From: Singulisphaera sp. GP187
GTDB taxonomy: Bacteria; Planctomycetota; Planctomycetia; Isosphaerales; Isosphaeraceae
DNA length: 32,000 nt
Reading direction: 5' to 3'
Assembly: GCF_900129635.1 (NCBI RefSeq)
Contig: NZ_FSRB01000002.1
Span: 244,727-276,726, forward strand
Positions within the stretch are counted from its first letter, which is position 1. Every line of letters starts with the position of its first letter. The translations under genes were made by a program, and so were the position numbers. Shown here piece by piece: positions 15,204 through 21,518 of this stretch. The notes under the pieces were generated by a model, which had not been told where the DNA came from, searched no databases, and saw only the letters and a program-made list of their open reading frames with translations.

Positions 15204-17288
15204 ATGCAATCGCTACCCTCTGCGATCGAGACGCTGGAGTCGATGCTGCGTGAGCAGGAGCCGAACCTGCTCAGGCTCTACCTGAACCCGCACGTCGCCC
15301 AGGCCTGCTTCTGCCTCGACCGCTACGTCCGCACGACGTGGGCGGACCCATCGGGCCGCGCCGCGGGCGGGGGTGAGGAGTTCCAGTCGTTCCTGGCGAA
15401 CGGGCTCGATGAGGCACTCGGCGGCGCGATCAAGCTCGTAAGGTACAACCGGGGGGCGGTCGACGGCATCCGGGTCGGGCTCGTGCTCGACCCCGCTGAC
15501 CGCCTGGTCGGGTTCGCCGACTGGGACCTGACGGATGGGCGACGCGTCGAGTTCTTGCCGGGAGTGCGCGTGATCGGTCGTCGCGGTTTTGGCGAGGTAG
15601 CCGAGCGGCTCCGATCGGGTGATTTCGATGGGGTGGTGATCGATCCGCTCGTGCTGGTCACCGGGGATGACGGCCTCCTGGACACGCACGCGGAGGCGAT
15701 CGGGGAGCTCGTGCGTCGTCACAAGCCGGCCGTCGTCACGTGCGTCGATCGGGAGAGCCTGGCGCGCCTGCGGGGCGGGGCGCGGGGGGTCTTGCGCGAG
15801 GTCGTCCCCGACGTGGTCGTCTTTGACGAGTCGTTCGCCGGCCGCGCCGTCCCCTTCGGCGCCTTCACGGCCCGGCGGTCGATGTTCGCGGCCTGGAATC
15901 GAATGGGGAAGAGCACGTTCCATTCGACGACCTTCCAGCCGAATACGGTCTCGACCCGGCATTTCATGAACGTCATGGCGGCGACCGACCCGGGATTCTT
16001 CCGCCGTCATGCCGATGAACTGCTGGCGATTGCTGATAACCTCACCCGTCGGGGGGAAGCGTTCCGGCGTTATTACAACCCCTCGCTCTACCGGGTCATC
16101 CGGACCGCCGGGTTCGAGACGGCGGACGTACGGGCCGTCGGCAGCTCGGTCGTCGTCAACGGACGCCCCGTCCTCGATTTCGTGAGCGGCGTCGCGTGCA
16201 GCCTCCGCGGGCACAACCCATCGGGCTACGTGGAAGCTTTGACGTCTCCGGTGGGCGGCCTCGGTTCTCCCCAGGCCGAACTCCGGGATCGCCTCCGGGT
16301 CCTTACCGGCCTCGGGAACGTCCTGCCCGCGGTCAGCGGCGGCACCGCCGTCGAGAACGCGCTGAAGGCGGCCCTCGTCGCGCGGTTCCCCCGGCGGCAC
16401 GTCCTGGCGCTGAGGGCCGGGTTCGGGGGGAAGACGCTGTTCTCACTGACGGGGACCGCCAACCCCTCTTACAAGGAACGCATCGGCCCCCTGTTCGCCG
16501 AGGTACACTACGTCGACCCCTTCGCCCCTGACGCCCGCGTTCAAATCGACACTCTCCTGGATAGGCATGATTGCGCAGCAGTTCAGATCGAGCTCATCCA
16601 GTCGGTGGGCGGGGTCAGGCGCATCCCGGAGCCCCTGGTGCGCCACCTCGACGAGGGACGGAAACGCCGGGGCTACCTGCTGATCGTGGACGAGGTGCAG
16701 ACGGGCCTTTACCGGACCGGGCCGTTCAGCCAATCGCGCGTGTTCGGCCTGACGCCGGACGTGATGCTCCTGGGCAAGGGGACGTCGGACATGATGGTGC
16801 CCTTCTCCCTGACGCTCTACTCGGACGAGGTGGCCGAATCGCTCGCGGACCGTGGTGCGGGGCTGGTGGAAACGATCCGGGGGCATTACGGGTATGAGTT
16901 GGGATACCGGACCGTGCTCAACGCGCTCCGGGCGGCCGAGGAACTGGGGCTCGCCGGGCGGGTGGCCGAGGCCGGGTCGAGGTTCGAGCAGGCGCTCCGG
17001 GCCGGGCTGGCCCCGCTCAAGGGCGTGAGCGACGTGCGGGTCTTCGGGCTGCTCATCGCCATCGAGCTGGACGCGCGAGGGGGGCCGCGCCGTTGGCTGC
17101 GCAAGCGGCTCGGCGCGTCGTACCTGCTGGCCATGCTCCGGCACGAGCGATCCCCCGTATTGGCCGGCTTTTGTCAGTACGAGCCGAATACATTGAAGTT
17201 CACCCCGCCGTTGAACGTCAGCCCCGAAGACATCGACCGGGCCTGCGAGACGATCATCGACGTCCTGGGACGTCCGCTCCCCGAGTGA
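15204..17288 (+). CDS. class-III (PLP) aminotransferase with an N-terminal degenerate second copy of the same fold
   Basis: C-terminal ~390 aa: LDFVSGVACSLRGHNP, AVSGGTAVENALKAAL, LLIVDEVQTGLYRTG, PDVMLLGKGTSD (catalytic Lys). N-terminal ~300 aa align to the same blocks (LYLNPHVAQ, FLANGLDEALGGAIKLVR, VVTCVDRES, PDVVVFDESFAGRAVPFGAF, FHSTTFQPN) but have Glu at the Lys position. ATG lies 7 nt after the previous stop. Confidence 0.9.
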   Translation: MQSLPSAIETLESMLREQEPNLLRLYLNPHVAQACFCLDRYVRTTWADPSGRAAGGGEEFQSFLANGLDEALGGAIKLVRYNRGAVDGIRVGLVLDPADRLVGFADWDLTDGRRVEFLPGVRVIGRRGFGEVAERLRSGDFDGVVIDPLVLVTGDDGLLDTHAEAIGELVRRHKPAVVTCVDRESLARLRGGARGVLREVVPDVVVFDESFAGRAVPFGAFTARRSMFAAWNRMGKSTFHSTTFQPNTVSTRHFMNVMAATDPGFFRRHADELLAIADNLTRRGEAFRRYYNPSLYRVIRTAGFETADVRAVGSSVVVNGRPVLDFVSGVACSLRGHNPSGYVEALTSPVGGLGSPQAELRDRLRVLTGLGNVLPAVSGGTAVENALKAALVARFPRRHVLALRAGFGGKTLFSLTGTANPSYKERIGPLFAEVHYVDPFAPDARVQIDTLLDRHDCAAVQIELIQSVGGVRRIPEPLVRHLDEGRKRRGYLLIVDEVQTGLYRTGPFSQSRVFGLTPDVMLLGKGTSDMMVPFSLTLYSDEVAESLADRGAGLVETIRGHYGYELGYRTVLNALRAAEELGLAGRVAEAGSRFEQALRAGLAPLKGVSDVRVFGLLIAIELDARGGPRRWLRKRLGASYLLAMLRHERSPVLAGFCQYEPNTLKFTPPLNVSPEDIDRACETIIDVLGRPLPE

Positions 17289-17342
17289 TCGTCGCGGGGC
17301 TCGCTCACCTGTTGAGACCATCCCCAATCCGAAAGGCAGACC

Positions 17343-17876
17343 ATGAGCACAGGGACCGCCCGGCCGTTGAGCTTGCTTCACGTTGACTTCGAGGGCCTCT
17401 ACACCCGGCACCTCGGCCGGCATTCGCAGGCGGGCATCAACATCAACCATCTGCTCGCGCTCTCCATGCTTTGGTTCGGCGTCTACGCCTTTCTCACTCA
17501 GGGGGCGCGGCTCGTCGGCGTCCCATCGCCGTGGGGAGTGCCGGTGGGGCTGGCCGCGGCCTACTTGCTCGTCATCGGCATGCACTCGCCGCCCCGAGTG
17601 ATCCTCGCGACGGCGGCGTTCCTCGGTTTGCTCGTGGGGAGCGTCGTGGCGCTGCCGACGGTGCCGGGGTGGGCGGCCCCGCTGTTCCTCCTGCTGGCCC
17701 CGATCGGCTACAAAGTCCAGGCCTGGGGGCACAAGGTCTGGACGATCGCCGCGGACATGTCCGACTTCAACCGGCGCTTCCCGCCGGGGCGCGACCTGAA
17801 CCTCATCCTGCTGTTCTACGAGGTACCGGTCTGCCTGAACTACCTGGTGTTCCGCCCGAGGGACTGGAGGCGGTGA
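17343..17876 (+). CDS. DUF962 / Mpo1-like membrane protein
   Basis: Four hydrophobic helices. HSQAGININHLLALSMLWFG and YKVQAWGHKVWTIAAD resemble the His-containing DUF962 (yeast Mpo1/YGL010w family) motifs. 54 nt downstream of the aminotransferase. Confidence 0.75.
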   Translation: MSTGTARPLSLLHVDFEGLYTRHLGRHSQAGININHLLALSMLWFGVYAFLTQGARLVGVPSPWGVPVGLAAAYLLVIGMHSPPRVILATAAFLGLLVGSVVALPTVPGWAAPLFLLLAPIGYKVQAWGHKVWTIAADMSDFNRRFPPGRDLNLILLFYEVPVCLNYLVFRPRDWRR

Positions 17877-17910
17877 GCGGTCGCGCGACCGGCGCCGCCC
17901 GTCGACGGTC

Positions 17911-18723
17911 TCATCGCTTGCGGCCGAGCACGGCCACGATGTTGTGCGAATCCTGGACCGGGAAGACCAGGCGGTCGAGGGCCCAACGCTTGACCGACCC
18001 GGCGCGGTGCAGCCCGAGGCTCTCGATCAGGGGCGTCAGCCAGCCGCCGCGATAGCCGAACTCCATGAAGGTGTCGAAGTCCTCGAACGTCAGGGGCGGC
18101 TGGAAGGTCTCGGTCCGGATCACGTCGAGGCCCTGGGCGCCCATGACCTCGGCGACTTCGCGCTCGTCGGTCGGGTTCAGAACCGTGTCGTCCACCTGGC
18201 GCGAGCCGGCGCCGCTGAGCCAGCGGAGGAGTTTTGAATCCCCCTTCGCCTGCAAGGCCGGATAGGCCGCCCTCGTGCCGCCGACCAGCGACCAGTAGCC
18301 GCCGGGCCGGAGCTTGCGCGCGATTTGGGGTGCCAGCACGCGCATCGATACGAAGCCGGTGACGAAATGTGTGCAGACGCAGTCAAACTCCCGGCCCGGG
18401 AAAAAGGCGTCCAGGTTCGAGGCATCGCCGACCACCGCCTCCAGGCCCTTGATCCGCCGGTGCGCGACCTCCAGCATGTTCTCGGCAAGGTCGATCCCGA
18501 AGGGAACAATCGGGCTGCCGGACGCGAGCCGAAGCTTCTCGAGGAAGAGGCCTGTCCCCATGCCGACGTCGAGGACACGCAGATCCCCGCCGTCCAGCAG
18601 GCCTTCCTCCTTCATCTGGGCGATGCCGCGGTCGAGGGACCGCCCGATCACGCCCTGCGGATCGAGGTCGTAGTGGGTCGCGACGACGTCGTTGTAGGCA
18701 TGGTGGACCTCGGTCGTGCTCAT
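17911..18723 (-). CDS. class I SAM-dependent methyltransferase
   Basis: LRVLDVGMGTGLFLEKL (motif I), IVPFGIDLAENML and VGDASNL motifs. Its ATG (18721-18723) overlaps the upstream TGA (18720-18722) as ATGA. Confidence 0.9.
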   Translation of the reverse strand: MSTTEVHHAYNDVVATHYDLDPQGVIGRSLDRGIAQMKEEGLLDGGDLRVLDVGMGTGLFLEKLRLASGSPIVPFGIDLAENMLEVAHRRIKGLEAVVGDASNLDAFFPGREFDCVCTHFVTGFVSMRVLAPQIARKLRPGGYWSLVGGTRAAYPALQAKGDSKLLRWLSGAGSRQVDDTVLNPTDEREVAEVMGAQGLDVIRTETFQPPLTFEDFDTFMEFGYRGGWLTPLIESLGLHRAGSVKRWALDRLVFPVQDSHNIVAVLGRKR

Positions 18724-19571
18724 GGTGTGTCGTGGCCTCGGATAGGGAGAAGTCGGGTGGTCTGGGGAAACGAATTCGAAGGGTCGCGTTGAAGATCAGA
18801 CCGCGACCGCGACGACGGGGGGGGCACCGGGACGTCGGATGGCGTCGCCGTCGCGTGCGCGAGTTCCGAGGCGGCAGGCTCGTCGGTCGCGAGTGGCCAG
18901 GATTCCAGCCGGACCTCGCTGCCACGAACCGACACGAACGGGCAGGGTGGCTGCTCGGTCCACGTGCCGCTGTTGGCGTAGAGCACATCGCCCACCTGGT
19001 CGATGCCGGGCAGGTGGGTGTGGCCGCAGGTCACGTGGCGGAAGCCCTTCGACGCCGCGTAAGCGACGGCCCCGTCGCGGATCGAGACGCTGCTGCGCTG
19101 CCACTTCTTGGAGACCCGCCGGAGGTAGCGCGCGGTTTGGTGAGGCGCCCACTTCTGGACGTAGTAGAACAGACCGCAGGCGATCTCCGTCAGCCAGCCG
19201 TAGTCGTTGACGAAGCGGTCGAACTGGTCACCGTGGAGGGCGAGCAGATGGAGCCGGTCGTTTCGGAAGACGTACTCGTCGAGGACCTGGACGCCGACGA
19301 TGTGCCCGACGACGTCGGCGGGGCCGTCGTGGTTGCCGCGGACCCAGACCAGGCGGAGGTCGTCGCGGTCGGAGTTGCGGCGGAGGATCTTGAGGCAGGC
19401 GAAGTGCCGCTTCGAGAGCCGGTTGAAGTTGAGGTCGTCGAAGATGTCGCCGTTGATGACCAGCACGCCGGTGTTCTCGACCGCCCACTCGAGGAACTGC
19501 TCCAGGAGCACGGCCTGGCAGACGTCGCTGCCGAGATGCAGGTCGCTAATGACCAGGCAGTCGTAGCGCAT
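18720..19571 (-). CDS. LpxH-like metallophosphoesterase (UDP-2,3-diacylglucosamine-hydrolase family)
   Basis: Track ORF 18720-19742. ATG 19571 gives MRYDCLVISDLHLGSD. Further motifs: INGDIFDD, VRGNHD, LHGDQFD, CGHTHLP. This is the full calcineurin-type motif set in LpxH-like order. The upstream 57 codons are Arg/Pro-rich and were treated as non-coding. Confidence 0.87.
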   Translation of the reverse strand: MRYDCLVISDLHLGSDVCQAVLLEQFLEWAVENTGVLVINGDIFDDLNFNRLSKRHFACLKILRRNSDRDDLRLVWVRGNHDGPADVVGHIVGVQVLDEYVFRNDRLHLLALHGDQFDRFVNDYGWLTEIACGLFYYVQKWAPHQTARYLRRVSKKWQRSSVSIRDGAVAYAASKGFRHVTCGHTHLPGIDQVGDVLYANSGTWTEQPPCPFVSVRGSEVRLESWPLATDEPAASELAHATATPSDVPVPPPSSRSRSDLQRDPSNSFPQTTRLLPIRGHDTP

Positions 19572-19935
19572 CGGTGTCGCTCCCAACCTCTCACCGGGCC
19601 TGCAGTCGGGTGTGGCGGTCGTGACAGTCGCGTACCTCGACCATCCTCCTCGCCCCCGAGCCGGAGGCCGGAGTCCCGCCCTGCCCGCGATCCAGACGCG
19701 GGCACGCGGTGGGAGTATGACCGTCGATCGCCCGGATTCCAAGCGACTTGGTGATTACTCATGAAAGATTCACGACCTCTTCTTGTTACGGGGCATCTCC
19801 GACCCGGAACGCCGCGTCCGAACCACGTTTGACGAGGGTTCAGCGTCATCGACCGGTCGGTCCATGCCCCCAGCCGCGGTTGGGAAATCCTCGCGAAGGA
19901 TTGCCCCCGTCCTTCCGGCGAGAATTGCGGAAAGA

Positions 19936-19959
19936 GCCCGGCGGCTACGGCCGCCGGGC
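19936..19959 (-). terminator. putative intrinsic terminator hairpin
   Basis: GCCCGGCGGC-TACG-GCCGCCGGGC is a perfect 10-bp stem with a 4-nt loop. It starts 18 nt downstream of the stop of the 19977-20933 gene. On the transcribed strand it is followed only by a weak CTCTTTCC tract, so there is no clear U-run. Confidence 0.45.
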
Positions 19960-19976
19960 CTCGGAAGCAGGGGGCC

Positions 19977-20933
19977 CTATCCGAGCGTGGAGTCGATGAC
20001 GGCGAGCGACCTGCGGCCTGCGATGAAGTTCACGCTCGTCAGGCCCAGCATGCTGCGCAACTTCTCGGCCGGCACGTTCTTGATCGGCCCCGGACCGGCG
20101 GCCTGGCCTGGAGCCGGCTGAGGGAAGGCGGTCGATCGCGCCGTGTGGAAGGTGACGTTCCCCTCAACCTTCTGGAGGATCTGGTGGATGTGGCCGTTCA
20201 GCACGGTGACCGAGCCGAAGCGCTTCAGGTAGCTCAGCGCCTGCTGACCGTCCTCGGTGCCCCAGCCCCACTCGGGGTAGATCATCCAGAGGGGGACGTG
20301 GGCGTACACCACGATCGGCGTGCTGCTGGTGAGCCCCGCCAGGTCATTCCTGAGCCAGTCCAGTTGCTCCTTGCCCAAGACCCCGAGGCCCCCGGCCTTG
20401 AGGCCCAGACTCATGACGTTGACGAGACCGACGAAATGCACTCCCTGATGGTTGAAGCTCTGCCAGCCGGTGCCCATGGTCCCCCGGCCGAAACGCCTCA
20501 GGTACTGTTTCCCGTCGTCCGTGAAGACATCGTGTTCGCCGGGGACGTAGACGACCTGGCCGGCCCTGGCGCCCTTGAGGACCTCAGCGACGATGTCGAA
20601 CTCTCCGGGCTTCGAGAGATGGGTCAGGTCGCCGGTGTGGATCAGGAGGTCCGGTGCCCGTGGCAGCGTGTTGATCTTGGCGACCGTCTCCTGGAGCGTG
20701 GCGGTCACGTCCTTGTTTGTCTCCTTGGAGAACCCGATGTGGCTGTCGCTGATTTGGACGAACGTGAAATCGCCCCTCCCCTTCCGGTCGGGTCCCGCGC
20801 CGAACGCGCGGGACGAGAGGACGCCGCCGCTGACCGCCCAGACGAGGCCCGTGCCGGCCCAGGCCATGCATTCGAGGAACCCGCGACGGTCCACGCCGTC
20901 GCCCTCGTGATCTTGGTCGTTTTCATAGGGCAT
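19977..20933 (-). CDS. Tat-exported metallophosphoesterase
   Basis: Twin-arginine signal VDRRGFLECMAWAGTGLVWAV. Motifs: VQISDSHIGF, IHTGDLTH, VPGEHD, YAHVPLW, LNGHIHQ. Confidence 0.9.
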   Translation of the reverse strand: MPYENDQDHEGDGVDRRGFLECMAWAGTGLVWAVSGGVLSSRAFGAGPDRKGRGDFTFVQISDSHIGFSKETNKDVTATLQETVAKINTLPRAPDLLIHTGDLTHLSKPGEFDIVAEVLKGARAGQVVYVPGEHDVFTDDGKQYLRRFGRGTMGTGWQSFNHQGVHFVGLVNVMSLGLKAGGLGVLGKEQLDWLRNDLAGLTSSTPIVVYAHVPLWMIYPEWGWGTEDGQQALSYLKRFGSVTVLNGHIHQILQKVEGNVTFHTARSTAFPQPAPGQAAGPGPIKNVPAEKLRSMLGLTSVNFIAGRRSLAVIDSTLG

Positions 20934-20990
20934 GGATATGAATCCTGAGTGGTTGCTAAGAGTGAAGGTTTGAACTTGACATGGGCGCCG

Positions 20991-21431
20991 TCATCGCTTC
21001 TCGACGATGACCTGGCCCGACATCTTGGGATGGATGGTGCACACGTAGATATACGTGCCCGGATCGGCGAAGACATGCGAGTATTGGTCGTCGGTATCCA
21101 GAGCCTCCGAGTTGAGGATCTTGGGCTTGCCGGTGCTCGTCACCGTGTGCGGCATGTCGTCGTGATTGGTCCAGGTCACCTTTGTGCCGGCCGGGATGGT
21201 TAGAGTGCCTGGGGCATATTTGAAATTGTCGATTGAGATTTGCTTTGGTTCAGCACTCACCGGCTTGCCGGCACTCTCACCCGGAGGTGCATTGGCCGCC
21301 GTGTCACCACCGACGGGGATTGTCCCCCCGGCACTTCCGCCACAACCTGGAAGCATCACGCCCATCGGGCCCATCAGCGGGATGAGCACCAGCATCCTCC
21401 GCATCAAACTCGTCATCATGAGTCTCCTCAT
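20991..21431 (-). CDS. cupredoxin (amicyanin/plastocyanin-like blue copper) lipoprotein
   Basis: Signal peptide with lipobox MLPGC. Type-1 Cu ligands are His in NHDDMPHTV and C-T-I-H-P-K-M (compare amicyanin C-T-P-H-P-F-M). Confidence 0.9.
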   Translation of the reverse strand: MRRLMMTSLMRRMLVLIPLMGPMGVMLPGCGGSAGGTIPVGGDTAANAPPGESAGKPVSAEPKQISIDNFKYAPGTLTIPAGTKVTWTNHDDMPHTVTSTGKPKILNSEALDTDDQYSHVFADPGTYIYVCTIHPKMSGQVIVEKR

Positions 21432-21518
21432 CTCGGCCGAGACAATCTTGAGTGTCTCGATTCCTTGAACTCAGTACACCAGGTTCGCAACTCAAGAGGG
21501 GTTCGAGGGGGTGACGTG

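Noticed and set aside
13825-17732. Long alternative-frame or antisense ORFs (13825-15285 +, 15213-16400 -, 16443-17732 -)
   Set aside because: All overlap the flavoprotein, aminotransferase or DUF962 genes, which carry recognisable catalytic motifs. The alternatives are Arg/Pro/Gly-rich and featureless.
17878-17891. GC-rich 14-nt palindrome CGGTCGCGCGACCG between the convergent DUF962 and methyltransferase genes, as a bidirectional terminator
   Set aside because: There is no spacer for a loop, so at best it forms a 5-bp stem. There are no flanking T/A runs. It is too weak to call.
18732-19849. ORFs 18732-19754 (+, 340 aa) and 19190-19849 (-, 219 aa)
   Set aside because: The first is antisense and the second out of frame relative to the LpxH-like gene, whose five metallophosphoesterase motifs fix the true frame.
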